IMG/VR virus record: IMGVR_UViG_3300029858_000001
Coordinates: 27,123 to 91,122 of that record
DNA from: a virus
Reading direction: 5' to 3' (one strand)
DNA: 64,000 nt
Position numbers and translations under genes: made by a program. How positions within the stretch are numbered: the stretch's first letter is position 1; every line of letters starts with the position of its first letter. Positions 1 to 12,495 of the stretch are shown here, one piece after another. A model generated the notes under the pieces. The model worked only from the letters and a program-made list of their open reading frames with translations. It did no database searches and had not been told where the DNA came from.

Positions 1-1
1 A

Positions 2-1179
2 AATGATACTGCTGAAGCTCTTGAAAAAAAGAGTACCGCTATCCCTCTTAAAGGCGAAATCGTTTATGACCAAACTAATCGCAAGATGAAGATTGGTGAT
101 GGCAGTACTGCCTTGGGCGATTTAAAATTTGTTGGCGGTGATGAAGCTCAAAATTTTGAAGCTATTCCAACAGGTGAAGAAACTGACGTTTAGGCTATTA
201 CTCGTGTTGTGGGTTTTGCAGAGCTTCATAATGGCGATACTGCTATTGTAAAACGTGTTATTACTGGCGATAAGACTTCTTACACCGCTTATGTATATGA
301 CGGCGAATGGAAGGCCATGGATGGCAACTATCGTGCTGATAATGTTTATTTTGATGATGATATTACTTATACTGTTGCTATTGGTACTCTTTCTAAGCCA
401 TCTGGCTCTGCTAAGTTCAATGCTAAGGGCAAGAGTGTTGAGCAGGTGCTTTCTAGTCTAATGGCTCAAGAAGCTAATCCGTCTAAGACCAATCCGGCTG
501 TCACTCTTAATGCCCAAAATATTAGCACATATGAGATTGGCACTAAGAAAAACCTAACATATACAGCTTCTCTATCCGCTGGTTCTTATACCTATGGCCC
601 AGCCACTGGTATTACGGCTCAGACTTGGGAAGTTAGCTGCACTGGTGTGACCGAGAAGAAAACAACTGCCACTGGCTCTTTTGAAAATGTTATTGCTGAA
701 GCTACTGCTAAGAAGATTACAGCTAAGGCAACTTACAATGAAGGTTCTATTCCAGTAACCAATTTGGGCAATCCTTATCCTGCGGGTAAAATTGCAGCAG
801 GCTCTGCTTCTAAGGATAGTAATATTCTTCAGGGTGTTCGTTATATGTTCTGGGGTCCTATGACTTCTGATGCTGGACTTAACTCTGCTAATGTTCGTGC
901 TCTTGCTCATAAACAAGCTTAGGGCGCTGGTACATTAGGCACATTCGGTGCTGGAGCTGGTGCAAAGAAAGTTATCGTTGCAGTTCCTGCTGGTCGTAAG
1001 ATTACGAAGGTTCTTATGCCAAGTGCTCTTAATGCTGATGTTACAGCTCTATTTGTTAAACAAGGCACTACTGTTAGTGTTGAAGGTGCTGAAAGCTATG
1101 CTGCAGCTCCTTATGATGTATATGTCTATCAACCTGCTTCTATTGATGCTGGTGAAACATATAGCGTTACGATTGGTTA
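2..1179 (+). CDS. Tail fiber / receptor-binding protein, 5'-truncated by the window edge; read through in-frame TAG at 191 and 920
   Basis: Frame-2 reading is continuous from the window start to TAA at 1177, joining track ORF 209-922 across TAG. It carries a KIGDGSTALGDL module shared with the other fiber genes and Ala/Thr/Gly-rich fiber-like composition. Confidence 0.55.
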
Positions 1180-1203
1180 ATTTTGAAGGAGGAATAATAT
1201 AAT

Positions 1204-3840
1204 ATGGCTACTATTTTAAATAATGCTGCTTATATGGGTTTCCCGCTGTCTATTAAGCGTGGTAATCCTGCTCCTGTTGATACTACCGCTGTATGGTATA
1301 ATAAAACAGAATTAGAAACTTATGCTAAATCTGGCGCTACAGCTTATGTTGGTCAGATTTTAACTTTAGTTGCAGATAGTAAGTGCGAAGCTTACATGAT
1401 CAGTAATGCAGCTGGTACTCTTGTTAAGCTTGCTTCTACTACTGCTTCTGGCGATCTTGCTTCTGATGTTTCTACATTACAAGGTAAAGTCGCTTCTCTT
1501 ATCGAAAAGGTTGGGGCAGCCAAAGAAGGCGAAACAGCAGCAACTGGCTTATACGCATTAATTGAAGCTGCCCAAAAGCAAGCAGATAAGGGTGTTGCTG
1601 ATGCAAAAACTGCTGATGGCAAGGCTGTTGCGGCATAGAAAGATGTAGATGCCCTTGAAACTATTGTTGGTGCTGATGATACTACTGGTCTTCGTAAGCG
1701 TATTAAGACTAATGAAGATGCTATTGATGTTCTGAAAGGCACTGGTGAAGGTTCAGTCGCGAAGGCTGTTAATGATGCTATTGATGCATTTGCTACCAAG
1801 GCTACTGATAATGGTACTATTGATACCTTCAAAGAATTAGTTGATTGGGTCGCAAAGCATCCAGAAGTTGTTAATGGTTTAACTGGCGATATTAATAAAT
1901 TAAAAGCTATTCTTAAAGGATTTGGTACTGCTGAAGGTCAATCTCCTGAAGTAAAGGCTTATATTGATGGCGCTATTAAGGCTCTTAAGATTGAGGATTA
2001 TGCTAAGGCTGCTGATTTAACTACTCTTGCCGGACGTGTTAGTGTAGTTGAAAAACTTCCTGCTGCTGGCATTACTGCTGAAGATATTGCTAACTGGAAT
2101 GCAAAGCAGAATGCTGGTAATTTTGTTGATCAATCTGCTTATGACACTAAGATGGCAGCTCTCGAAAAGGCTGATAGTGATAATACAACTGCTATTGCAG
2201 CTGTAGAAAAGAAAGCTAATGCCGCTGTTGTTGCTAACAAAGACATTACTGCGGGTACGGCTACTAAAGTTACTTATGATGCAAAAGGTCTTGTGACTAA
2301 GGGCGAAAATCTTGCCGTCTCTGATATTCCTACTCTTGGTATTTCCAAGATTGATGGTCTTCAGGATGCTCTTGATGGCAAACAGGGTAATTTAACATTT
2401 GAAGGCACTTATAATGCGGGCACCAACAAGGTTGCTACTGAAAGTACCGTTAATACTGCGGTTGATAATTTACGTCATACTCTTGGTGGCGAAGATGGTA
2501 AGACTGATATTGACACTAAAGATAGTCAAACTATTCATGGTGCTAAGCTCTATGCTGAGGATAAGGCCAACACTGCTCTTGCTTCTGCAAAGACTTATGC
2601 CGATGGTCTTGTTGGTGACACTTCTGCTATTGGTAAGAAAGTTGCCGCTCTTGAAGGTAAGGTTGATGTTGATAGCGTAAGTGGTGCAATTGATACAGCT
2701 AAGACCGAAGCTATTAATACCGCTGGTACTAATGCTGATACTAAAATTGCAACTGCTAAGACCGCTATTCTTGGCGAAGGACATACTGGCACTGTAAAAG
2801 AAGCTTATGAACTTGCTGCTTCCAAGACTACTATGAAAGCAGTCGAAGATAAAGGTTATGCAGTTAAAACTGAAGTCGATACAGCTGTTGCTGATGCAAA
2901 GAAAGCTGGCACCGATGCTCAAACTTCTGTTAATGCATTAAGCGATAAAGTTGGTACTGTTCCAGCAGATAAGACAATTGTTTAGATGATTGCTGATGCC
3001 CAAGCAGCTGCTACTTATAATGATAGTGCTGTTAAGGCAAGTATCAAAGCTAATGCTGACGCCATTACTAAGTTAAATGGTGCTGATACTATTGAAGGCT
3101 CTGTAGCTAAGACAGTCAAGGACGCAGTTGCTGCTGAACAAAAGCGTGCAGAAGGTAAAGAACAAGCAAATGCTACTGCTATTGCTGGTGTTAAATCTCG
3201 TGTTGATACCTTCCTTGCCGCTGCAGATGTTGGTGAAGCCGCTGTTGATACCTTAAAAGAAATTCAGACTTACATCAGTACACATGGCTCTGCTGCCGAT
3301 TAGATGGTTAAGGATATTGCAGCTAATAAGAAAGCAGTTGAAGATGAAGCTGCTCGTGCTAAGGGTGAAGAAACAAAACTTAATACTGCAATTACCGATG
3401 AAACCAATCGTGCAACAGGTATTGAAAGTGGTTTAGCTAATCGTCTTACTACTCTTGAAGGGGCTGACACTGTTGAAGGTTCTGTAGCTAAGACAGTTAA
3501 GGATGCAGTCGATGCTCTTAATATTACTCAGTATGCAAAAGATGCTGATGTTGTCAAGAAAGAAACTGGTAAGAGCTTAATCGCTGATACCAAAATTACT
3601 AAGCTTGATGGTATTGCAGATGGCGCTCAAGTTAACGTAATTGAAAAGATTACAGTTAATGGTACAGAACAGACTCCTACTAAGAAGACAATAGCTCTTG
3701 AAAGCTATAAGGGTGATGGCACTTCTATTGAGAATAATGCTAATCATACTCTTAGTGTAAAGGCAGTTTCTACTGATCTTCTTAAATAGGGTACACTTAC
3801 CCTTGTTCTTAATGGTGGTAACGCTAGTACTTTAATTTAA
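1204..3840 (+). CDS. Long fibrous tail fiber protein (Ala/Lys-rich, repetitive coiled-coil-like); read through TAG at 1636, 2983, 3301 and 3787
   Basis: Strong RBS GGAGGAATAATATAATATG. Frame-1 reading is continuous across four TAGs and joins track ORFs 1204, 2152, 2986 and 3304 up to TAA at 3838. The motif GADTIEGSVAKTVKDAV is repeated. Confidence 0.7.
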
Positions 3841-3888
3841 TAAATTATAAGGGGAGAGAAATCTCCCCTTTCTATTAGGAGGATTGGA

Positions 3889-4230
3889 ATGGCTGATAAA
3901 ACTTTAAATATTCGTATTAAGTCTAAATACGATACACTTGCTAATTGGACTGCAAACAAATCAAAAGTTTTACTTGCCGGTGAAGTGGGATTTTGTTATG
4001 TACCAGCACTTACATCTGGTACAACAACCACAGCTCCTACTGTGTTATTTAAAGTTGGCGATGGTACAACCACATGGGAAAACCTACCTTGGGGTGCAGG
4101 GCTTGGAGCAGATGTTCCGGCGTGGGCTAAGGCACCTACGAAGCCATCTTATACTCTTGATGAAATAGGCGCTAACCCTGATGCCAACTATGTAATTTTT
4201 GATTGCGGTTCTTCAACTGTAAATATATAA
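3889..4230 (+). CDS. Small tail-fiber N-terminal adaptor-module protein (VGDGTTTWENLPW motif)
   Basis: Complete ORF with RBS AGGAGG, double TAA stop and a downstream terminator. It shares the IGDG-T...NLP module with genes at 1, 5311, 22632 and 30239. Confidence 0.6.
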   Translation: MADKTLNIRIKSKYDTLANWTANKSKVLLAGEVGFCYVPALTSGTTTTAPTVLFKVGDGTTTWENLPWGAGLGADVPAWAKAPTKPSYTLDEIGANPDANYVIFDCGSSTVNI

Positions 4231-4233
4231 TAA

Positions 4234-4267
4234 TAAAGACTCCATTTTGGAGTCTTTATTTTTTTTA
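4234..4267 (+). terminator. Rho-independent terminator
   Basis: AAAGACTCCATTTTGGAGTCTTT followed by T9. Confidence 0.8.
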
Positions 4268-4346
4268 TCTGGACTAATTTAAATAATTTAATATTTTTAT
4301 TTTTTATATAATTTTAGAATAGAAACATTGGAAGGAGGAACTTTCA

Positions 4347-5165
4347 TTGGTAGACAAGCAATTAAAATCTTTGCAAATGCCTGGCTTAAAAGATAGATAT
4401 GTAATTTAGCTTACAGTTCAAGAATTAGAAAATTTAATTCAAAAAATAGAGCATGAAGGCGGCATTGCTTATAAACAAAATATTTTTAATGGAGATTACA
4501 ATAAACTAAGTAATAAACCTGATTTATCTATTTATGCTGAAAAAACTGAGATACCTACTAATTTTATTACTTTAGGTTAGTTAAATACTCGTAGCGATGA
4601 AATTAAAAATAATTTAATTGGCACTGATAAGGATACTGAAGCATCTAATACAATTAAAGGAGCTATTAAAGCTGCTCAAAATTTTAGTAATAAAGCATTA
4701 TCTGATGCAAAAGAATATGTTAATCAACAAACTACAAGTGACAAATTACCAAAAGCAACAACTGAAAAATTTGGTGTAGTTAAAGTAGGTCAAGGTCTTA
4801 AAATTAGTGCCACTGGTACATTAATAGCAACTGGCGAAGGGGTCGTAGCAGATGCTGTTGAATGGAACAATGTTATTAATAAACCATAGCCTGATGAAAT
4901 TAAAAATGATCAATATTATTTAACTTTGATTGATACATTAGGCGCTGTTGCTGTATCTAATGATTATAATGATTTAAATAATAAACCTGATTTAAGTAAA
5001 TATGCTGAAAAAAGTGCTATTCCAGATTTATATAAATTACCAACAGCAACTACAGAAACACTTGGTGGTGTAAAAATTGATGGTAAAACAATTACAATAA
5101 AAGATGGAGTTATAAAAGCACAAGACGCAGGCGCCAAAGTTATATGGTGCAAATGGACAGAATAA
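4347..5165 (+). CDS. Tail fiber protein with internal repeats (NDYNDLNNKPDLSKYAEK.. twice); TTG start; read through 3 TAGs
   Basis: RBS GGAAGGAGG 7 nt upstream of TTG at 4347. Frame-0 reading is continuous to TAA at 5163 and includes track ORF 4926-5165. GGVKIDGKTITIKDGVI and GVVKVGQGLKISATG motifs are fiber-tip-like. Confidence 0.55.
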
Positions 5166-5310
5166 GTTTGAAATTGATAACTTATTTATAATAATCTTTA
5201 CTCTTTTGGAAATAGATGATTGAGAAAGATATTTAATATAGGGAAATAAATATCTTGAACTATTTTCAAAATATTTATTTCCCTATATTTTTGTTTAAGG
5301 AGGAAATATA

Positions 5311-5535
5311 ATGGCAAATAAAACATTCCAAGGTCGTATTGTTTAGAAGCATGATACAAAAGCCAATTGGGATAAAGCAACTAATTTTGTTCCTTTAAAA
5401 GGTGAAATTATTATTTACGATGATTTAAAGAAAATAAAAATAGGTGATGGAACTACTAAAGTAACAGATCTTGTTTTTATTAATGATAATATTTCATCTA
5501 CTACAATCATCACTTGGTCTGATGATGGAACTTAA
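5311..5535 (+). CDS. Small adaptor-module protein (KIKIGDGTTKVTDL); one in-frame TAG
   Basis: RBS AAGGAGG, ATG at 5311, TAA at 5533. It shares the module with 3889-4230. Confidence 0.5.
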
Positions 5536-5554
5536 GAAAAAGGAGAGATAAAAT

Positions 5555-5914
5555 ATGGGATTATATTTAGGAAAAGAAAAAATAAATAATATATCAGTTG
5601 GAGAAGCAGCTTTAGGTATCACTGATATTTCTGATGAAACTACTATCAATATTTCAGGAATTTTAAAAGGGGAAAATCATAAAATAGTTTCAGCTACTCC
5701 TGGTGTTGATTATGTTATCCCTAATAGTTTAAATAATTTTATTACTTAGGATGATTTAAAATCAAAAGCTAATATTAATTCCCCTAACTTCACTGGAGCC
5801 CCTTTAGCTCCTACTCCTGATATTAGTATTAATAATACTTAGATAGCAACGACAGAATTTGTTAATCTTTTAATTAATAATAAAATTTCTGCTATTTTAA
5901 ATAAGGCATACTAA
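5555..5914 (+). CDS. Tail fiber repeat protein (NSPNFTGAPLAPTPDISINNTQIATTEFVN motif); read through TAG at 5747 and 5840
   Basis: Track ORF 5555-5749 extends in frame to TAA at 5912. The SP.FTG.P.APTP + IATT.FV motif is the classical phage tail-fibre repeat. Confidence 0.6.
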
Positions 5915-5928
5915 GGGGGGGGAAAATT

Positions 5929-7143
5929 ATGGAAGAAAAAATATATTAGCCTTTAATCCATGGACAATTAATAATTACCCATCAATGCCAGTTAAATTGC
6001 ACTTATTGTTTTGAAAGTTATAAAGATAATAATGTTATGACATTAGATACTTGTAAAAAAATAATAACTTTTTTATCTGAAAATAATATAAATAATGAAC
6101 CGCAAGTTATTAGTTTTTTTGGAGGAGAGCCATTATTACATTTTAATGATATAATGTAGCCAATAATTAATTGGAATAAAAATGAATTACAAAATAAAAA
6201 TATGTATTTTACATTTACAACTAATGGTCTATTATTAACTGAAGATATTTTACAATATTGTAAAGATAATAATGTTAAATTTATGTTATCTATAGATGGA
6301 AATAAAGAAAGTCAAGATGCTACTAGAAAATATAAAAATAACAATAATTCAACATTTGATAAATTATCAGAAAATATTCCAAATATATTAAAATATTTTC
6401 CTAATACTACAGCTAGATTAACTATAGATGTCAATAATATTTCTTATTTAGCTGACTCTATAAAATATTTAGATGAAATTGGTTTTCAAAATTGTCATGT
6501 TATACCAGATGTTTTTTCTTCTTGGTCTTCTGAAATAGAATAGATTTATAAGGATCAATTAAATTAGTTAAATGAATACTTTATAAAAAAATTTACAAAT
6601 TATACAGTTCCTTTAATTCCAGCAACTTGGAAAGAAATGATGATAAAAAAAATTATAAAAGATTATTTAGAAGAAAATAATTTATTTAGAACTGCGGATA
6701 TCTGCCTTCCTCAAAATAGATGTGGTTTTTGTTTTCAAAGAAAAGGATTTTTTGAAACCAATGGAGATATTTATACTTGTGGACATTTAACTAATGAAAG
6801 TAAAGATAGTAATTTTTATTTAGGTAATATTTATGATAATTAGCCAATTGATATAAATAAAATTGAATCTCTCTATTTATTAAATAAAGAAAATAAAATT
6901 TTTAATAAAAATTGTGATAATAATTGTCCATTATTTAATTGCTGCACTGGCGGTTGTTTACCAAATAACTATTTAATTAATAATAATTTATTTAATGCCC
7001 CTGATGCTTATTGTAGCTGGTATAAAAATTTATTTAACTCTGTAGATTCTTTATTACAATATTTTGACAAAGATAAAAAAAATATTTTATTTAAGAATTA
7101 CTTTTATGGAGCAGTAAAAGGAGGATGCCATTATGTCTGCTAA
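5929..7143 (+). CDS. Radical SAM / SPASM-domain peptide-modifying enzyme (rSAM-1)
   Basis: CX3CX2C motif HQCQLNCTYC and FFGGEPLL. The C-terminal SPASM-like Cys clusters are CGFCFQ..YTCGH and NCDNNCPLFNCCTGGC. Frame-1 reading is continuous across 5 TAGs, joining track ORFs 6202 and 6637. Confidence 0.8.
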
Positions 7144-8107
7144 ATTATCTGAATGGCTGTTAGATGGATTAGATATCAATAAAATAGTTCATAATGGAGA
7201 TGGCAATGATTTAGTTTCACCTATATAGGATACTGATAGTGCCACTTATTCTGAATATTCTAAATATTCTAATTATTCTAATACATATTCTAGATATTCT
7301 AGGTATTCTGATTATGATAACTATTATAATTATTCTGTTTATTATAATTATTCTAATTATTCTAATACAATTAGCATTTCTGGATAGCCAGTCAGTCAAA
7401 TTATTACTTATGGTAATAAAGTAACTTTTACTGTTACTTTTTCTAAAACACCTTCATCATATCAATGGTATGTATCTACTGTTTCTTCTGGAGGTGGAAC
7501 AGCTATTTCTGGAGCTACTTCTTCTTCATATTCATTTACTCCTAAACTATCAGACAATGGAAAATATTATTATTGTGTAGCTTCATTAGGCAATACAGTT
7601 ACATCAAATTCAGCTCAATTAACTATAAAATATATTGATAGTTGTAATATTTCTACTAGCATAGGTGAATCTATTAATATATACAGTTATTTACTACCAA
7701 AATCTTCAATAATTAACTCTTATAATTTAGAAGATAATTCCATTGCTACTATTTCTGAAAATACCTTAATTGGTAATAAAGCTGGTAAAACTACTCTTAC
7801 TTTAGTAAGTAGCAATGGATTAAATAAAGCAATAGAAATAAATGTATTTGAAAATAAATTAGAATCAGTCTTATATAATATTGCTTAGGCAATAAAAAAA
7901 TATAATAATTTAAATTAGACTCTTTATCCAAATCAATTTTATAATAGTCTAAAATCTAAAAATATTAGTTCAAAAAATTATAATACTTTAGAAGATTTAT
8001 TTACAGATCTAAGTACAGTAATAAAAGAAATTAAAGGTATTTCTACTTCATTAAAGCCAGAAGAATTTTTTTATAAAATTTTGGAGGGTATAAATTATGA
8101 CAGATAA
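7133..8107 (+). CDS. Tyr-Ser tandem-repeat protein with Ig-like (BIG2-like) domains; candidate rSAM substrate / fiber component
   Basis: RBS GGAGG. The start overlaps the rSAM-1 stop and the gene ends by overlapping the rSAM-2 start. N-terminal region is YSEYSKYSNYSNTYSRYSRYSDYDNYYNYSVYYNYSNYSNT. Downstream beta-rich Ig-like region is IATISENTLIGNKAGKTTLTLVSSNG. Confidence 0.6.
7246..7372 (+). repeat. About 14 tandem copies of a 9-bp unit (TATTCTNAW) encoding (Y-S-x)n
   Basis: Direct reading of tattctgaa tattctaaa tattctaat tattctaat ... aattattct aattattct. It lies inside CDS 7133-8107 and generates spurious poly-Ile/Leu ORFs in other frames. Confidence 0.85.
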
Positions 8108-9296
8108 AGAATTATTTTTATCTTATTATAAAAAATAGAATCCAGATTTAGAAAAAAAAGTACATAATAAAATTTTAGTTTTACTTCATGGCAGTTATAA
8201 ATGTAATTCAAATTGTATTTATTGCGAAAATCATCGTTTAAGAGAAGAATATTTAAATGCTACTGTCTCTAAAAATATATTAGATCAAATTATTAAAAAA
8301 TTAGGTCCAATAATTAGAGAAATTACTTGGCATGGAGGAGAACCTTTACTTTTATCTGAAGATCTATTATCTTATTTAGAATAGCTTAAAAAAGAAAGAG
8401 GATATACTTTCCCTACAACCTTATAGACAAATTCTATATTATTAAATGAAGAAAAGTATAATTTTTTAAATAATTTAAACATTCATTGGGGAACATCATT
8501 TGATGGACTAAAAAATAATTTATCCAGAGGAGAAAAAAGTACTAAAGCAGTATTAGATTTAATATCACGACATAAAAATGAAGTAGGATTTATTTGTGTT
8601 TATTATAATGATACGATAAAAGATATAATTCAAAATTATGAATATTTTAAAAGTTTATAGATAAAAAATGTATAGTCATGTATCGTTCGAGAAAATATAA
8701 TTGAAAATTCTAATGTATATTTAATACATAATGATGATGCTTTAAATTATATGACCAATTACATAGATTATTGGATACATGATATTAATAACCCAATAAA
8801 TGATCATTATATAACACGATAGATTTTACGAGTTTTAAATGTCCCGTCTAATTGTGAAGATGATTATTGTATTGGTGGATGGATTTATATAGATGCTTTT
8901 GGCAATATAGGATTTTGTGGATAGTCTCCTAAAGATACTCCTATATTAAATATTAATGATATAAATAATTACAGTGATTTTTTAAATAATAAAAATTATT
9001 TAAATATTATTGGTAAACAAATAAAATTAGAAGAAAAATGTAGCTTATGTGAATGGCGAAATGTATGTCATGGAGGCTGTATGGGACTTAATTATGAAAC
9101 AAATCATAATTATGAAATTTTAAATCCTCGTCACTGTGAATATACAAAAAATCTTTTGACTAATGTTTATGAATTAATAAAAAACATTGATATTACAAGG
9201 AAAGATATTTATAATCCTATGTTTTTATAGTTATTAGAATCAAATTCTTACAAGACCTTAAATGAGATAAAGGAGCTAAATAAAATAAATGGCTAA
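8097..9296 (+). CDS. Radical SAM / SPASM-domain enzyme (rSAM-2)
   Basis: CX3CX2C motif CNSNCIYC and WHGGEPLL. C-terminal CSLCEWRNVCHGGCMG. Frame-0 reading is continuous across about 8 TAGs. It is translationally coupled to its neighbours. Confidence 0.75.
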
Positions 9297-10251
9297 TATA
9301 GCAATTTTAAATTATTGTAATTTATAGTGTCCATATTGCTTTGCAAATAAATTTATTACTGAAGAAAAGAAACAATTTATAACAGATAAAGAATTAGATG
9401 ATATATTGAATTTTTTAAGTCACAGCACTGATTTCGGAAGAATTGGAATTATAGGAGGAGAACCTACGATACATCCCAAATTTGAAGATGTATTTACTAA
9501 AATTTCAAATTTTGCAGAACAACATAATGTTTCTACAGTTACATTTTCAAATGGAATTGAATTATACAATTATGCTAAATTATTTAATAAACAAAATAAT
9601 GTTTTAATTAATTTAAATCATCCTGATATTATTGGAGAAGAAAAATGGAATAAAATTAATTTGACTTTAAATACGTTTAAAGCATTAAATAATTTAGATC
9701 ATATCACTTTAGGTATAAATTTGTACCCCGATATTATTGATTATTAGTATATAATAAAAATGTCTAAAAAATTTGGATTTCGAATGGTTAGATGCAGCTA
9801 TGTAGCTCCAACTTGTAATTATAATAATATTGATAAAGATGAATATTATTTAAATGCAAAAAATTTATTTCTAAATTTCATAAAAGATTGTGGGAATGAA
9901 CAAATACAAATCCATTTAGACTGTAATAATATACCATTATGTTATTTTTCAGAAGAAGAAAAAATAATATTAAATAAAAATGTGACTGGATGGCATAATT
10001 TATGCAATCCAGTTGTAGATATAACCCCTGATATGAAAGCAACTGCTTGTTTTGGAGCTTATAGTTTAATTGATTTAAAATAGTTTGATAATATTAAAGA
10101 AGCAGAAAATTATTTTTTACTTAAAAAAATGTATCCTAAAAGATTACTAAATAATGGTGGAAAATGCCAAGAATGTAAAAAATTTTTAAATCTTTCATGT
10201 CAAGGAGGATGTTTAGCTTTTACAAAAAATTCAGAGGAGGTAAATAATTAA
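9289..10251 (+). CDS. Radical SAM / SPASM-like enzyme (rSAM-3); its CX3CX2C motif contains a TAG codon
   Basis: MANIAILNYCNL(TAG)CPYCF and IIGGEPTIHP. C-terminal CQECKKFLNLSCQGGCLAF. Frame-1 reading joins track ORFs 9406 and 9760 across TAGs. Confidence 0.75.
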
Positions 10252-10252
10252 A

Positions 10253-11044
10253 ATGTCTTTAATAAGTACATCCAAACAAATAACCTCATTAAAAATAAAT
10301 AAAGTACCATCTGCAGCTGTATATGCTAAAATGGTTGCACAAAATAAAATTAATGATGATGAATTATATTTTGTTCAAGAAACTGAATAGGTCATAAACA
10401 AATTTACATTTACTGCAACAGCAGGATAGTCTACATTTACCATTCCATTCAATTTTGAAGATAGTAGCGCGCTTACAATCTATTATAATGGTATAATGAT
10501 GAAAGAAACAGATAACTATACCATATCTGGCAAAGATATTACTCTTGTAGATTTTACTGCTGAAGCAGGCGATTATCTTACTGTAATGGGTATAGAAGGG
10601 GCTGCAGCTATTGATTTTGGTAAAGAAGCAACAGAGGCAATTGCTCAAATAAATGCGACAAAAGAATCAGCTACCACTGAAATAAACACAGTTAAAACAA
10701 ATGCTATCACAGAAATTAATAATCTAGTTGCTACATTACCATCAGACACTTCTAATATTATGTTTATGAATAAAACTAATACTATGACTGCTGATGGTAA
10801 AATTACTATGAACAATGCTTACAATCCTTTAGCTAATGGAGACGTTGCTACAAAAAAATATGTTGATGATAGTAAGCCTTCGATAGTTGGCACATCTACC
10901 ACTTATCCAATTTACATTGGGTCATCTGCTCCAGCGTCAGGTACAGCCCCCTTACTATGGATTGATACATCTTCATCCGGCACATTTAAATATCGCACAT
11001 CTACAACTGGAACTTGGACCATAGTGCCTGTTGCTTGGAGTTAA
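10253..11044 (+). CDS. Tail fiber protein with conserved C-terminal module (LLWIDTSSSGTFKYRTSTTGTWTIVPVAWS)
   Basis: ATG at 10253 after GGAGG. It reads through TAG at ~10388 and ~10427 into track ORF 10496-11044. The KKYVDDS motif is present. The C-terminal module is paralogous to 14244-14678. Confidence 0.6.
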
Positions 11045-11059
11045 TAAGGAGATTAATAG

Positions 11060-12046
11060 ATGGAAATAAAAAATAGTGAAAAATTATTAGATTCTTTAGT
11101 TATAAATAAAATTCCATCTAAAAAAATTTTTAATTAGATGATTCAAGAAGGGAAAGTAAATAATAATGAAATTTATATGGTATTAGACCATGAAGATTTG
11201 CCATATAAATATACTTTCATCGCGCAAGAAGGAGATACAATATTTACTTTCCCTTTTATTGTTAAAAATCCTGAAGATTTAAATATATTTTTTAATGGTA
11301 TATTAATGACTAAAAACATAAATTATATAATTCAAAATAATAAAATTAAGTTATTAGATTTTGCAGCATCGGCTAATGATAGTATTATTGTTCTTAATAT
11401 TCGAGGAATAGATCCAGAAGATTATCTATCAGATGTAATAAATGATTTATAGATTATAAAAAATGATACTATTTAGGCTATTGATAATAAAATGAGTGAA
11501 TTGCCAGAAGATATGAATGAAATGTTATTAACCTCAAAAAATAATATTATGACAACAGGCAAAATAACTATGAGTAGTTCTTACACACCATCTAGTTCTG
11601 AAGATTTAACTGATAAAAAATATGTTGATTAGTAGATATAGAATAACAAAATTTCTAAAGTAAGTCAATTAACTAATGATGTTGGATATCTTACATCTCA
11701 TTTAGTTAGATCAGTAAATGGAATGACTGGCGATATAAGTATTAAAGGAGCTTATGTTGGAAGTTATATAGGAAATAATGCTTTAACAAAAACTCTTAAT
11801 TTTAATTTTGAACCTGCTTATTTGATGCTATTTATGGTACAAACTAACGCTGGTACTGCTCAAAATTATATGTGTGGCATACAAGGAATGAAATATCCAT
11901 TTCCTAATAATAATGGCACTTATGTTAGTTTTACTTGGAATTCAAAATCAGTTATTATTACTGCTACTAATAGTTATTATACTAATATATTCAATAATAG
12001 CAGTTATACTTATTATTACATGGCAATTCCTAAATTTAATAATTAA
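11060..12046 (+). CDS. Tail fiber protein (KKYVD and LTNDVGYLT motifs); many TAGs including three within 5 codons
   Basis: RBS AAGGAG. Frame-2 reading is continuous from 11060 to TAA at 12044, joining track ORFs 11138 and 11723. The NDxGYxT motif is typical of tail fibers. Confidence 0.55.
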
Positions 12047-12059
12047 AGGAGGCTTTTAA

Positions 12060-12482
12060 ATGTCTAAACCAAAAATTTTAGAATAGATTGAAAATGCAAG
12101 CGGTGTATTTATTGCCACTTATGGAACTACCACTTTTGCCGAAGTCAAAGCAGCTTATGAAGCAGGAAAAATTTTATAGTGTATAGATACATCAGGGGCT
12201 GCTCGCCCAATAGCTTCTTTACTATTAGCTCGTCCCAATGTAGCTTTTGTATTTGGTAATTTTAATAAAACATATTAGATAACCAGTAAAGATGTTTGGC
12301 AAACACAAGATAGTTCTTTAGTCAAAAAATCAGGAAGTACAATGACCGGAGCTTTGGTAGCTTATAATCCTACTGCGATTAATTCAAATAGTGAAATTCA
12401 TAATACAATTATAAGTACGACTGAACCAACAGCATCAGATGGCAATATCGGTGATATTTGGATACAATATGAGGGTGAATAA
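12060..12482 (+). CDS. Hypothetical structural protein; three in-frame TAGs
   Basis: RBS AAAGGAGG, ATG at 12060, frame-0 reading to TAA at 12480. Confidence 0.45.
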
Positions 12483-12495
12483 GGAGTTGATTTAA

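Noticed and set aside
255-461. Short overlapping ORFs inside the fiber genes (255-461, 948-1202, 572-916-, 1392-1832-, 2399-2680, 2470-2922-)
   Set aside because: Alternative frames of Ala/Thr-rich repetitive fiber genes. The frames continuous across TAG with RBS are preferred.
7217-7424. Track ORFs 7239-7424 (+, poly-Ile/Leu) and 7217-7399 (-, Arg/Ile-rich)
   Set aside because: Out-of-frame or antisense readings of the 9-bp TATTCTNAW tandem repeat that encodes (Y-S-x)n in CDS 7133-8107. No RBS and extreme low complexity.
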